NCBI GenBank assembly: GCA_025774605.1 | Contig: JALGVR010000002.1 | Span: forward strand, 2,522-66,521 | Source of the DNA: a bacterium | GTDB lineage: Bacteria; Electryoneota; AABM5-125-24; Hatepunaeales; Hatepunaeaceae | Direction of reading: 5' to 3' | DNA: 64,000 bases | Shown: positions 10,145 to 20,153 of the stretch, piece by piece | Layout of the letters: the number at the start of each line of letters is the position of its first letter | How positions within the stretch are numbered: the stretch's first letter is position 1 | The notes under the pieces: generated by a model | Seen by the model: only the letters and a program-made list of their open reading frames with translations | What the model was told of the DNA's origin: nothing | The model's database searches: none | Translations under genes and position numbers: made by a program

Positions 10145-13100
10145 TTAAACTGAATTGACAAGTATTTTACCTGTTTGGTCAGCAACTTTAATACTTTTGC
10201 CAGCAGGAAGATCAGTAACGAATTCCAATGAATTCGCCAGTGTTTCCACCTTTATATATTCCAGATGCGCCGTTACGGCATCGCGCATCTCCTCCCCACC
10301 GTTGAACTCTATCACTATCCGTTGCGTGACCTCGAGATCGGCTTCCTTGCGCAGGTTCTGGACATGATGCACGAATTCACGCGCCAGCCATTCCCGGCGA
10401 AGTTGTTCATCTATACGGTTGTCTACGGCAACGGTCAGATTCGCTTCGGAACGCACCCAATACCCTTCTCTCGGCACACGTTCGAGGATAAGATCGTCTC
10501 TGCTCACCTTCACGCCGGCGATCTCCATCTCACCGGTCTGTATGAGCTGTTGAATTGCATCGTCGTTCAAATCGGCGATTGCCGCGGCCGTCTCCTTGAG
10601 CTTCCCGCCCAGTCGGGGACCGAGCCGCTTGAAATCAGCCTTCGCCCGGTAACTGAAAAGTTCGGATTCGTCATCTCGATACTGCAGCCTCTTAACGTTG
10701 AGCTCATCGAGAACCAGACTTTCCAGCTCATCGCTCAGCTTCTCCGGAATCCCGCAGACTATGATCTCCGGCAGCGGCTGCCTGACGCGGATGTTCCCCT
10801 CATTACGCAGGGAACGGGCAATGGAAACGATGTCACGCACTTCACGCATAGCCTCTTCAAGATGCTCGTCGCGCAGCTCCGGATCGCCCGCCGGCCATGC
10901 GGCAAGGTGCACGCTGTCCTCCCGCTCCGGGTTGTAAGCCCTTTCGAGGTTCTGGAAGACCGTCTCTGTGACAAACGGCAGGAAAGGCGCTGACAGCCGG
11001 TTCAGATCGCACAACACCCGATACAGGGTGTCATACGCGACAGCCTTGTCCTGATCATCCTCCGATTTCCAGAACCTCCGCCTGGATCTGCGGATATACC
11101 AGTTGGTCAGTTCGTCAATGAAGGTCACGATTGCCCCGGTGGCGGAAGCGGCGTCATAATTATTCATCGAGGTTTCAACGGTCTCGCGCAGCCACTCAAG
11201 ACGGGACAGAATCCAGCGGTCAAGGGTATGCCCGGCAAGCGCATCACCATCATGTGGCTTCCAATTATCCACCCGTGCGTAGGTCACGAAAAAACTGTAG
11301 GCGTTCCAGTAGGGAATCAGGACCTGCTTCAATCCTTCCACAAGCTCATCCTCACTGAACCGCTTGGCAACCCAGGGATTGACCGAGTAAAAATTCAGGC
11401 GAACGGCATCCGCGCCGTATTTCTCGCATATCATTATCGGATCGATGACGTTGCCGCGCGATTTCGACATCTTGCGTCCCGATTCATCGGAGATCAGCGA
11501 CGTACAGATGACGTTCCTGAAGCTCGATCGATCCGTCAACATGGTAGATATGGCCAAGAGGGTGTAAAACCAGCCGCGGGTCTGGTCGATGGCTTCGCAG
11601 ATGAAGTCAGAGGGATACTGGTTCTCAAACAGCTCCCTCGACCCGGGCGCGGCGGGATATCCCCACTGTCCCCACGGCATGATGCCGGCGTTGAACCAGC
11701 TGTCCAGCACTTCCGGCTCGCGCACCATTTCACCGCCGCACTCCTTACAGGGAAGCGTGAGCTCATCTATGTAGGGCTTATGCAGATCGAAATCATCCGC
11801 TATCGGTTCTCCTCGCAGTTCGCCGAGCTCCCGCACCGATCCGACACATTCCTGGTGTCCGCACTGGCCGCATGTCCAGATCGGCAGCGGAGATCCCCAG
11901 TAGCGCGAGCGTGAGATCGCCCAGTCCACGTTGTTCTCGAGCCAGTTGCCGAAACGACCGTGCTTGATATGCGCGGGATACCAGTTGATATCTTCATTCG
12001 CCGCCAGCATTCGATCCTTGAAAGACGACGTGCGCAGGAACCAACTGCTCGTGGCGTAATACAACAACCGCTCGTCACAGCGATAACAAAATGGATACGA
12101 GTGGGTGATCTTCTCCTTGCCCAGCAACAATCCGCCCGCTGCAAGGTCCTTCAGAATGTCAACGTCCAGATTCTCATCGGCAAAATAACGCCCGCTGAAC
12201 TTCCCCGTCTTGGGTCCGCATAAGCCCTCGCGGTCAACGTTGCGAACCAGGGGAAGACTGTTCGCCTGGATAAGCCTGAAGTCATCCTCACCATACAACG
12301 CCAGATGCACGACACCGCTGCCGTCTTCAGCGGTCACGTACTCATCGGCAATGACAAAGTGAGCGTCCTGATCGAGGTTGTCCTGGAAGTCCCACAACGG
12401 TCGATAATGCACGCCTGCAAATTCGCCGCCCGGTTTCCTGTCGATGATTTTATAGTCGCCGATCATCTCCTTAAGGGCGGACAACCGATCCTCAGCGAGG
12501 ATCAACCGATCCGAACCCACAGCCAGTGTAACGTAGGAGAGTTTCGGGTTGACAGCCAGGGCAACGTTGGAGAGAAGCGTCCAGGCGGTGGTTGTCCAGG
12601 CGATGAAGTAGGTGTTTTCGGTGTCCTTCAGCGGGAACTTTACATAGAGTGAAATATCCGTCACATCCTGGTAGCCCTGGGCGGTCTCGTGCGCCGAAAG
12701 CGAAGTCCCGCAGCGGGCGCAGAACGGCATGATCTTATGACCCTGGTAAAGCAAGCCCTTGTCCCAGGCTTGCTTCAGCACCCACCAGTCGGTCTGGATG
12801 TATTCCCTTGTCAGTGTGGCATAAAAATCGTCCGTATCGAGGAAACGCCCGATCCGCTTGATCGCCTGCGTCCAGGCATCCTTGTATCTAAAAACTGTTT
12901 TTCGGCAGTAATCTATATATTTATTAACGCCATACGTCAGTATATCGTGCTTTGACTTCAATCCGAGCTCTTTTTCGGCGGTAAGTTCAATCGGCAGACC
13001 ATGGGTGTCCCAGCCGGCTTTACGAAGCACACGGCAGCCCTTCATCGTGTAATACCTTGGCCAGAGGTCTTTCAGGGCGGACTGCATCATATGCCCGATG

Positions 13101-13363
13101 TGCGGCTTCCCGTTGGTTCCGGGAGGGCCGTCGTAGGTAATGTAATCCGGACAGCCCTCGCGTTCGCTGACGGTGCGATTCCGGATGTTTCTCTCCTCCC
13201 AGAGCTTCATTACCAGATGATCCAGCTCCGGAAAATTCACCCTTGAACTGACCGGAACCGGGCCGCCGCCTGGTTCTTCATGCCAATAAGTCGTCGTTTT
13301 CCCGTTCCCTTCAGATTTTTCGGTCATCGGTTCCCGTTTCTCCCGATCGTTTTCCCATTGCAA
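10145..13363 (-). CDS. ileS: isoleucyl-tRNA synthetase
   Basis: 1072 aa. HIGH-type motif (GKPHIGHMM) and KMSKS motif (GRKMSKSRGNVIDP). Class I editing-domain architecture. Confidence 0.95.
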   Translation of the reverse strand: MQWENDREKREPMTEKSEGNGKTTTYWHEEPGGGPVPVSSRVNFPELDHLVMKLWEERNIRNRTVSEREGCPDYITYDGPPGTNGKPHIGHMMQSALKDLWPRYYTMKGCRVLRKAGWDTHGLPIELTAEKELGLKSKHDILTYGVNKYIDYCRKTVFRYKDAWTQAIKRIGRFLDTDDFYATLTREYIQTDWWVLKQAWDKGLLYQGHKIMPFCARCGTSLSAHETAQGYQDVTDISLYVKFPLKDTENTYFIAWTTTAWTLLSNVALAVNPKLSYVTLAVGSDRLILAEDRLSALKEMIGDYKIIDRKPGGEFAGVHYRPLWDFQDNLDQDAHFVIADEYVTAEDGSGVVHLALYGEDDFRLIQANSLPLVRNVDREGLCGPKTGKFSGRYFADENLDVDILKDLAAGGLLLGKEKITHSYPFCYRCDERLLYYATSSWFLRTSSFKDRMLAANEDINWYPAHIKHGRFGNWLENNVDWAISRSRYWGSPLPIWTCGQCGHQECVGSVRELGELRGEPIADDFDLHKPYIDELTLPCKECGGEMVREPEVLDSWFNAGIMPWGQWGYPAAPGSRELFENQYPSDFICEAIDQTRGWFYTLLAISTMLTDRSSFRNVICTSLISDESGRKMSKSRGNVIDPIMICEKYGADAVRLNFYSVNPWVAKRFSEDELVEGLKQVLIPYWNAYSFFVTYARVDNWKPHDGDALAGHTLDRWILSRLEWLRETVETSMNNYDAASATGAIVTFIDELTNWYIRRSRRRFWKSEDDQDKAVAYDTLYRVLCDLNRLSAPFLPFVTETVFQNLERAYNPEREDSVHLAAWPAGDPELRDEHLEEAMREVRDIVSIARSLRNEGNIRVRQPLPEIIVCGIPEKLSDELESLVLDELNVKRLQYRDDESELFSYRAKADFKRLGPRLGGKLKETAAAIADLNDDAIQQLIQTGEMEIAGVKVSRDDLILERVPREGYWVRSEANLTVAVDNRIDEQLRREWLAREFVHHVQNLRKEADLEVTQRIVIEFNGGEEMRDAVTAHLEYIKVETLANSLEFVTDLPAGKSIKVADQTGKILVNSV

Positions 13364-14206
13364 TCAATCATTCAAAAATTCCCCATCGGTCAAAACACCT
13401 TTGATGATCTCCCCAATAATCTCCGAGCCGATCCTGGCGCGCTCGAGCAACAGGTCGATATCCAGCGGTTCGAGGCATTCCGGGAAGCAGTCATCCGATA
13501 TCAGGCTCAAACCGAGTACTCTCATTCCGCCGTGCACGGCAACGATCACCTCCGGCACGCTCGACATGCCGATCATGTCCGCGCCCAGTATACGGAGCAT
13601 CCGATACTCGGCACGCGTTTCAAAGGACGGGCCGCTCATCGCGGCATAGACCCCGCGTGCCAGGTGGTAGTCCATCCGGCGGGCATGCTTTTCAGCCAGG
13701 CTGATAAGGCGCCGGTCGTAGGGTTCCATCATATCGGGAAAGCGCGGTCCCAGCCGTTCGTCGTTGTGCCCGATGAGTGGATTATCCCCCATAAGGTTGA
13801 TCTGGTCGACTATCAACACGATATCACCGGCTTGAAACTCCGGATTCAGACCGCCCGCGATGTTCGAGACCACCAGGTTTTTCGCGCCCAGCATGCGCAT
13901 CACCCGCACGGGAAAGGTTATCTCCCGCATGGAATAACCTTCATAATAATGAAAGCGACCATCCATTGCCACCACAGGGACGCCGGATATCGCACCGTAA
14001 AGCAATCTTCTCTCGTTAAAGCCCAGACTGGACTTCACGAAGCCGGGAATCTCCTCATAGGGAAGCTCCGTCTCTATCTCCATACCGGTCGATATTGCAC
14101 CCAAGCCGCTGCCGAAGATCAGCGCCGCTGACGGATTCTCCCTGAAACCGCGCTCCTTGATGAAATCGACCGTAAACTGGACCCTGTCGTGAAGATCGTC
14201 CGCCAT
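13364..14206 (-). CDS. purine nucleoside phosphorylase (trimeric PNP/MTAP family)
   Basis: 280 aa. PNP family I signatures (VMRMLGAKNLVVSNIAGGL, SGPSFETRAEYRMLR). Abuts the ileS start directly. Confidence 0.85.
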   Translation of the reverse strand: MADDLHDRVQFTVDFIKERGFRENPSAALIFGSGLGAISTGMEIETELPYEEIPGFVKSSLGFNERRLLYGAISGVPVVAMDGRFHYYEGYSMREITFPVRVMRMLGAKNLVVSNIAGGLNPEFQAGDIVLIVDQINLMGDNPLIGHNDERLGPRFPDMMEPYDRRLISLAEKHARRMDYHLARGVYAAMSGPSFETRAEYRMLRILGADMIGMSSVPEVIVAVHGGMRVLGLSLISDDCFPECLEPLDIDLLLERARIGSEIIGEIIKGVLTDGEFLND

Positions 14207-14209
14207 CGC

Positions 14210-14701
14210 TTACACCTGTTTCCCGTTGAATTCGGGTTTGTTTTCAAGATTCAGATCCTCATCCTCCAGAAGTTGTATCAATTCGAACTCCGACCGCAGC
14301 AGGGTTTTCAACTTGCGGATGAAGCTGTTGCGACGCTCCGAAAGCATCTCCAGTTCGAGCCTGATCGATTCTCCCTTCTTGTGAGCTTCGTTGATGATCT
14401 TCTCCGCTTCAAGCTCGGCTTCCTTGCGCGCCAGGTCAGCTTCGCGCTTCGATCCCTCCCGTGCATCGCGCAGGGTTTCCTGGGCGTTTACCAGGGCCTC
14501 TTTCATGTTCTGATCGATCCGCTGGTAGATTGTAAGCTCCGATTTCAACGTCTCGATCTCCGACGTCCGGGCGCGGAGGTTCTCCGTGACCTTCTCAAAC
14601 TCATCAGCCACGGTTTCGAGGAAGCTGCGCACTTCAGACGTATCGTAGCCGCGCATCGATCGACCGAATTCCTGTTTTTTGATATCCAACGGGCTTAGCA
14701 A
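14210..14701 (-). CDS. divIVA: DivIVA-domain cell-division protein
   Basis: N-terminus MLSPLDIKKQEFGRSMRGYDTSEVRSFL is the DivIVA signature, followed by coiled coil. Confidence 0.8.
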   Translation of the reverse strand: MLSPLDIKKQEFGRSMRGYDTSEVRSFLETVADEFEKVTENLRARTSEIETLKSELTIYQRIDQNMKEALVNAQETLRDAREGSKREADLARKEAELEAEKIINEAHKKGESIRLELEMLSERRNSFIRKLKTLLRSEFELIQLLEDEDLNLENKPEFNGKQV

Positions 14702-14712
14702 GCTTCCCTCCC

Positions 14713-15516
14713 TTAACTGATATTATCTATGCGGCACGACGGTCTCGGTCCGAAGATCGCCGTGCCTATGCGAACCATTGTCGAGCCTGCCGCGATTGCC
14801 AATTCGAAATCATCCGACATCCCCATCGAAAGCTCCCAGCCGTCGACCGGCATATCAAGGAGTTCACCGACATCAGAACGCAGCTCCACGAGTCGTTCAA
14901 AGGAAGCTCTTATCAGGTCCCTGTCCTGCGTCAAAGGACCTACCGCCATCAGTCCGTTCAAATGCAGACCGGGCAGATCCTTAACCTGACCGACCAGCTC
15001 GATCAGCTCTTCGGGATTTACACCCGCTTTGGCGGCTTCATTTGAGATATTCACTTCGATGAAGACCTCAAGCGATTTCCCGGCATCCACAGCCGTCCTG
15101 GACAGGATATTCGCCACCTTGACGCTCTCGACCGACTGGATCACATCAAACAGTCTCGCAGCCCTGGCAGCCTTGTTCGACTGCAGATGACCGATCATAT
15201 GCCACCTGATCGGTGCAGGATCGAAACCCGCATTCTCCAGTTGCTGCTTTACTTCCGGTATCTTGCGTTGAGCTTCCTGCAGTCGATTCTCACCGACATC
15301 ACGCAGACCCTCCAACACGGCGGCAACGACCTTCTCCGTCGGTTGTTCTTTTGAAACACCGACGATTTTAACCTCCTCCTGCGAGCGTCCGACCCTGGCT
15401 GCAGCCGCTGAAACACGCTCTTTAACGGCGGTAAAACCGGAAATCACAATCTTTCCCAGGCAATATTGATTTATTTCAAAGTTTAATAATATAAAGATTC
15501 CATCACCATTATGCAA
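14713..15516 (-). CDS. yggS: YggS-family pyridoxal phosphate homeostasis protein
   Basis: KIVGVSKEQP...HMIGHLQSNKA...LSMGMSDDFELAIAAGSTMVRIGTAIFG matches YggS end to end. The true start is probably the in-frame GTG near 15447 (MISGFTAVKERV), not 15516. Confidence 0.85.
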   Translation of the reverse strand: MHNGDGIFILLNFEINQYCLGKIVISGFTAVKERVSAAAARVGRSQEEVKIVGVSKEQPTEKVVAAVLEGLRDVGENRLQEAQRKIPEVKQQLENAGFDPAPIRWHMIGHLQSNKAARAARLFDVIQSVESVKVANILSRTAVDAGKSLEVFIEVNISNEAAKAGVNPEELIELVGQVKDLPGLHLNGLMAVGPLTQDRDLIRASFERLVELRSDVGELLDMPVDGWELSMGMSDDFELAIAAGSTMVRIGTAIFGPRPSCRIDNIS

Positions 15517-15646
15517 GGAGTCGGGTCGGTATACTAATCTTCGTCAACTGTTGCATTATCTGTCAACGCGCTATAACTTTCAGCATTACCGGATCGCAAT
15601 CCCGTCAGCCTGGCGGGCATGAAATGTTTCAGTCGCAAAACAAACG

Positions 15647-16360
15647 ATGAATCGCCGTTCCAACTCCAATCCAAATATCGTGGTCGGCAGGCGTGATTTA
15701 AGGCTTGATCCATATGTTGTATTGCTCACGGTCTATATATCGGGTCTGGTTATCGCACAGATACTGGCGAGCAAACTGACGTCAATCAGGCTTCCTCTTG
15801 TGGGACATCTGACCTTTACCGGCGGCGAATTGGCTTACTGCCTGACATTCTTCGCCACCGATATAATTGCCGAGATCTGGGGCAAGCGGCGCGCCGCCAT
15901 GACCGTCCTGTGCGGTCTCATCGCCAATATCCTGATTCTGGCGCTGATCAGGATCACCCTTCTTCTACCGCCGGCTCCCTTCTGGGATGGCGATGAGGCG
16001 TTCAGAGCCATCGTCGGCGCGACTTCACGCATCACGGTCGCCAGCATTATCGCGTTTCTGATCAGCCAGTTTCATGACGTCTGGATGTTCCATCTGATTA
16101 AGGGTCTGACCAGAGGCAGGTTCTTATGGTTGCGGAACAATCTTTCCACCGCCCTCTCGCAGACGATAGACACGGTGATCTTCACCGTACTGGCGTTTTA
16201 CGGAGTAGCGCCGATCCTGCCGCTGATAATCGGGAAGCTGACCATCAAACTGCTGCTCGCCGCAGCCGATACACTGCCGGTTTACCTGGCGGTGGGTTTC
16301 ATCCGCCGAAGAGAGGCGTATAACATTAATGAAACGGAAGCCGTCAACAAGCTGCCTTAA
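15647..16360 (+). CDS. yhhQ: queuosine-precursor transporter (YhhQ / VUT family)
   Basis: Polytopic membrane protein (about 6 TM). LLTVYISGLVIAQILASKLT and FFATDIIAEIWGKRRA resemble YhhQ/DUF165. The start could be the internal GTG. Confidence 0.7.
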   Translation: MNRRSNSNPNIVVGRRDLRLDPYVVLLTVYISGLVIAQILASKLTSIRLPLVGHLTFTGGELAYCLTFFATDIIAEIWGKRRAAMTVLCGLIANILILALIRITLLLPPAPFWDGDEAFRAIVGATSRITVASIIAFLISQFHDVWMFHLIKGLTRGRFLWLRNNLSTALSQTIDTVIFTVLAFYGVAPILPLIIGKLTIKLLLAAADTLPVYLAVGFIRRREAYNINETEAVNKLP

Positions 16361-16398
16361 CGGCTTCCCAAGAATGGAACGAAATTTCAAGGACAGGA

Positions 16399-17007
16399 AT
16401 GCTGAAGAACGTGGAAGTATCACTCATCAGCGAAAGCTGGCTGGGGATCCTGGCTCGCAAGAAGCGGGACATTATCTTGAATCGCGACACCACCGAGTCA
16501 CATCGGTTTATCGCCGTCTTCGGCGGCGCACGAGTGGATAGAGACTCTACCGCCTGGAAGAAATACTTCAGGCTCGGCAAAGAACTGGCATTGAGGAACG
16601 CGGTGTTGATTAACGGCGGCTACGGCGGCGTTATGGAGGCAACAGCCGCAGGCGCCAGATCCGTCGGCGGCGAAACCGTCGGTGTAACGTGCGACAACCT
16701 GCCGGTCAAGGAGCCAAACCCTTACATCACCCACGAATGGAAGGTCCAGCGATGGGATCAAAGGCTGTTGACGCTGGTGTGGCTGGCGGACGGTTACGCG
16801 GTGCTGCCCGGATCAAGCGGCACCCTGGTTGAATTGTCGATGGTGATCGAAACCCAGTTCAAGGGCTTCATACCAGGACGACCGATCGTATGCCTTGAGA
16901 GCTTCTGGAAGCCGGTTGTCAAGCGCATCGACGGCACGGACGGGATGGTGAGCTTTGCACGCACTCCCCGCCAGTGTGCGGTGATGCTGCTGGATCAGGA
17001 TCAATGA
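16399..17007 (+). CDS. LOG-family / SLOG-superfamily Rossmann-fold nucleotide-binding protein
   Basis: GGYGGVMEA and PGSSGTLVEL motifs correspond to the LOG family GGGxGxMG and PGGxGTxxE signatures. 38 bp downstream of yhhQ on the same strand. Confidence 0.7.
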   Translation: MLKNVEVSLISESWLGILARKKRDIILNRDTTESHRFIAVFGGARVDRDSTAWKKYFRLGKELALRNAVLINGGYGGVMEATAAGARSVGGETVGVTCDNLPVKEPNPYITHEWKVQRWDQRLLTLVWLADGYAVLPGSSGTLVELSMVIETQFKGFIPGRPIVCLESFWKPVVKRIDGTDGMVSFARTPRQCAVMLLDQDQ

Positions 17008-17086
17008 TCAGAATCAACTGGAATTAATCGGGGCGGACAGGACGGAAATCAGAACTGTTATTCCTGCAGAAGCCTATCCCCGACAG

Positions 17087-17124
17087 TGATCGGGGCTTGA
17101 AACACGGGTAACAGGTTACCCGTG
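17087..17124. terminator. candidate stem-loops in a convergent intergenic region (LOG-like gene versus 974-aa gene)
   Basis: Perfect hairpins ccccga-cagtga-tcgggg (17087-17104) and cacgggtaa-cagg-ttacccgtg (17103-17124). No U-tract on either side, so assignment as a terminator is weak. Confidence 0.3.
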
Positions 17125-17148
17125 CCGCACTGCGGCTCCCCGCACAAC

Positions 17149-20073
17149 CTACTTTATCACGACAAACTTTCCGGTATCATAACCGCCCCTGGGTTTACCG
17201 TTTTCATCCGTTTTTTCAACGGTAAACAGGTACATTCCCGATACGACCTGCTGATGATTCCGCGAATTCAGATCCCAGGCTTCGGCAAAGTCGGCGTTCC
17301 AGCCTTGTTCCTGGTCGCCCGGGACGTTGTGCGGCACGATGTCAACCAGGTCTCCGCTCAAGGTGTAAATCCTGATCAGGCAACTCTCCGGCAGGTTGTA
17401 GAAGTACAGCCTGCGATCGGTCTGCGGGAAATAGTCCGGTGTGCCGTCATCCCTGTTTTCCCAGGACAATCCGCCGCCGTGCTCAACGGTGTAATCCACG
17501 TCGGCGCGGTACGGATTGGGCGCCACCATGACCGGCGCCGCCGCGTTGCCCGAGGGTGCAATGTATCTCATATTGGCACGGCGCGCCGACTCGAGCGGCG
17601 GCGTGCCGGTCTTGTAGTCGCCGTGATCGAAAGCCGTAACCGCGTAATAACGCGGCACCAATGGATGCGCATCGCGTATTATGTAATAATAGTTCTCGGT
17701 ATTCGGATCATAATAGAGATCGCCGGATCCGCTTAGTCCGATGTTTCTGCCGACAGGTTTACGATAATATCTTACGCCGGCAATCAGCGTATCCGGAGCA
17801 ATCGCGTCGCGATCATCAACCGGCTTGGTAGCCAGTGAATCGGTGTCGCTGAAGTAGGCAAAGTCAACCCGGTCAAACTCGTCCAGGAAGGCAAAATCCT
17901 GTTCGAGCCCGGTGTTGGAGAGATAGATCCGATAGCCCTCGAAATCCCATTCCCTCGAGAAAGGATCCGTGTAGTTGGGCGATTCAGATGGATCCTTGTT
18001 CCAGGTCAGAACCACCCAGCGATCGAGCTTGTCATAGTCAATTACCAACAGCTCCCCGTCACGCTCCAGGGTAACCGGTTCTGTCAGCAGGTCCAGGCTC
18101 GGCACCGGCGGCGGGGGCGGTCCCTGAAAATCGGGATGACCATCACCGAAGTCGAGCATGCCGTTATACCGTGTATAATCGAACTCCTCCGGTCGTTCCT
18201 GGGCATCCTCCTGCGTCGAGAGATGTCCATCGTTCTCGCTGCCGTCCGGGTCGGGCCCGGGATAGACGTCCTCAAACCTCACACCGCCGATCCAGCGGTA
18301 GGCGACATCACCGGTCTCCAGGGCGAACAGACCGTCATTGCCGGTGTCTTCACCGTACCATCCGTCACCCGTGTCGAGTATACCGTCACCCTCGGAGCCG
18401 TTGGGATCGTTGGTTCCCGGAACATGATCCCATCCCCAGTCATGGATCGGGGTATCTATCATCGGGTTGTCGTAAACCCGCGCCGCCCAGTCGGCGTTGT
18501 AGCGGAGGCTGCTGAAGTTGAACTTATCCGGATCTATGTTCTGCGGATCGTCCTGCGACTTGTTGCGGTCGTGAAACGCATCCCCGGCGACATAGGCGAT
18601 GGTCATGGAAAACTTTTCACCCGGATTGAGCCGGTAGATGCGGTTGCCGGACTGGTCAAGGTGATCGAAGATACCGAGTGGTCCCCACGAGAGCAGGTAA
18701 CGCGTATCATAGCCGTTCGCCAGATCATTGGTCACCGCCGGATCTGTGTCATCGGTGACCCCGGGAATCTTCCAACTGTGCGACTCCAGGATGCGGTCGG
18801 GATGCCAGCGATCCCTGATTTCATGCGGATGATCAGCGATCCATTCGGGCTTGTTGACGTACACCTGGTCATAATCGAACTCGCCGTTTGAGAGGATGAC
18901 GTACTTGCGGGCATCGCCCATGGGTGTGCCGTAGATGTCCGTCCAGCCAGCCGGTGCGCCGTCTTCATCCCAGGCGGGACCGAAGTCCAGCTCCGGATCG
19001 CCGTTGGAGATCCACCAGTTGAACGAAGTACGCAGCTTCGGGTTGGGCGCCCGCACAACCCTCACACCGGTAACCGCCGGGCTGGTGAAATCGATCCCCG
19101 AAGTCACCGCCACCGGACGCCCGTCGTTGTCGGCGATCCAGGCGGTGTTGATGACCGATGAATCCTGCAGGCCATCGGGTCTTGTGTAGTAAAACCAGCG
19201 CTGAAAACCGCAGACGTCGTCCCTGAACCAGTCGTTCGGCTCCCCCTCCCAGCCGACGTCGGCATCGATGTACAGACCGACGTAGAGGTTCTTGAGGTAA
19301 TTGCCGGCGATGTTTTCCACCTCCCAGTCGATTATGATGAAATTCTGCGCGTAGTTGTAACTCCAGGCGTACGACCGTTGTCTTATCTTGATTCCCAGCG
19401 GGAAGTGGGGACCATCAATCGGATCATCCCCCACATAAAAGTCGTCCGTCAACGTATCGGTGTAGGTTATCAGGAAATCCTGCTCTGATATAGCGTCATT
19501 ACTGGTTACGTATTCACCGAGTCGGTTGTAGTTGTTGGGGCGGGTGGACAACTCCACGATACGCCCGTCGTCTCCTTCCGCCGGATAGAACTCGTTCACC
19601 CGGGGACGGACCCAGCCGTCGGTTCCCGTGGAAACACGGGAAAATTCATAGCCCTCCTTCTGGACCATCGCCCCCAGCCAAAGACCTCCCTGAAACAGGT
19701 ACTGGATGTTGGAGTTGGCGGGATACTCGCACTGCGGCGCCCACGTACCGGGATACTCCGGATCATCCATCCCCAGACTGCCCCAGATGGAGAAGTTTCC
19801 GAAGTAACCCCAGTTTGTGAAGTTCATCCATAGATTACCGACGCGGTGAACGCGGTTCTGAGTGTTGGGATTGGCCAGAGCGACGCGCTCCGGACCTCTG
19901 CGCAGAGGCTTGGCGGGCGGTCCAAGCGCACTGGATGCCAGCCCGTTGAGCAACAGGAGGATGACAATGGAGAGGTATACTGGATGTCTGTTGAGAAATA
20001 CGAGCAAGGTTTTCATCGGTATTTGAGCCTTGGTTCTATATATCAGGATTCCGTTGTGCAGGGGCGGATTCAT
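17149..20073 (-). CDS. large secreted hypothetical protein with a divergent T9SS-like C-terminal domain
   Basis: 974 aa. Signal-peptide-like MKTLLVFLNRHPVYLSIVILLLLNGLASSA (an internal Met is the probable start). The C-terminal 80 aa (NPYRADVDYTV...RLYFYNLPESCLIRIYTLSGDLV...GMYLFTVE) has the spacing and hydrophobic pattern of a T9SS sorting domain but not the YPNPFN motif. No catalytic domain recognised. Confidence 0.55.
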   Translation of the reverse strand: MNPPLHNGILIYRTKAQIPMKTLLVFLNRHPVYLSIVILLLLNGLASSALGPPAKPLRRGPERVALANPNTQNRVHRVGNLWMNFTNWGYFGNFSIWGSLGMDDPEYPGTWAPQCEYPANSNIQYLFQGGLWLGAMVQKEGYEFSRVSTGTDGWVRPRVNEFYPAEGDDGRIVELSTRPNNYNRLGEYVTSNDAISEQDFLITYTDTLTDDFYVGDDPIDGPHFPLGIKIRQRSYAWSYNYAQNFIIIDWEVENIAGNYLKNLYVGLYIDADVGWEGEPNDWFRDDVCGFQRWFYYTRPDGLQDSSVINTAWIADNDGRPVAVTSGIDFTSPAVTGVRVVRAPNPKLRTSFNWWISNGDPELDFGPAWDEDGAPAGWTDIYGTPMGDARKYVILSNGEFDYDQVYVNKPEWIADHPHEIRDRWHPDRILESHSWKIPGVTDDTDPAVTNDLANGYDTRYLLSWGPLGIFDHLDQSGNRIYRLNPGEKFSMTIAYVAGDAFHDRNKSQDDPQNIDPDKFNFSSLRYNADWAARVYDNPMIDTPIHDWGWDHVPGTNDPNGSEGDGILDTGDGWYGEDTGNDGLFALETGDVAYRWIGGVRFEDVYPGPDPDGSENDGHLSTQEDAQERPEEFDYTRYNGMLDFGDGHPDFQGPPPPPVPSLDLLTEPVTLERDGELLVIDYDKLDRWVVLTWNKDPSESPNYTDPFSREWDFEGYRIYLSNTGLEQDFAFLDEFDRVDFAYFSDTDSLATKPVDDRDAIAPDTLIAGVRYYRKPVGRNIGLSGSGDLYYDPNTENYYYIIRDAHPLVPRYYAVTAFDHGDYKTGTPPLESARRANMRYIAPSGNAAAPVMVAPNPYRADVDYTVEHGGGLSWENRDDGTPDYFPQTDRRLYFYNLPESCLIRIYTLSGDLVDIVPHNVPGDQEQGWNADFAEAWDLNSRNHQQVVSGMYLFTVEKTDENGKPRGGYDTGKFVVIK

Positions 20074-20153
20074 CGAGCCCGCAGTATCCTGGCATTCAGG
20101 CTTTCAGCATGAGGGCTCGATAAATCGATCCCTACGCATTACTCCGACTGTTC

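Noticed and set aside
15517-15646. preQ1 riboswitch upstream of yhhQ
   Set aside because: The leader contains gtcgca and an A-rich stretch (aaaacaaacg) reminiscent of preQ1-I. I could not fold the required 5-bp P1 stem directly before the A-rich tail. Worth a covariance-model scan, but not supported by eye.
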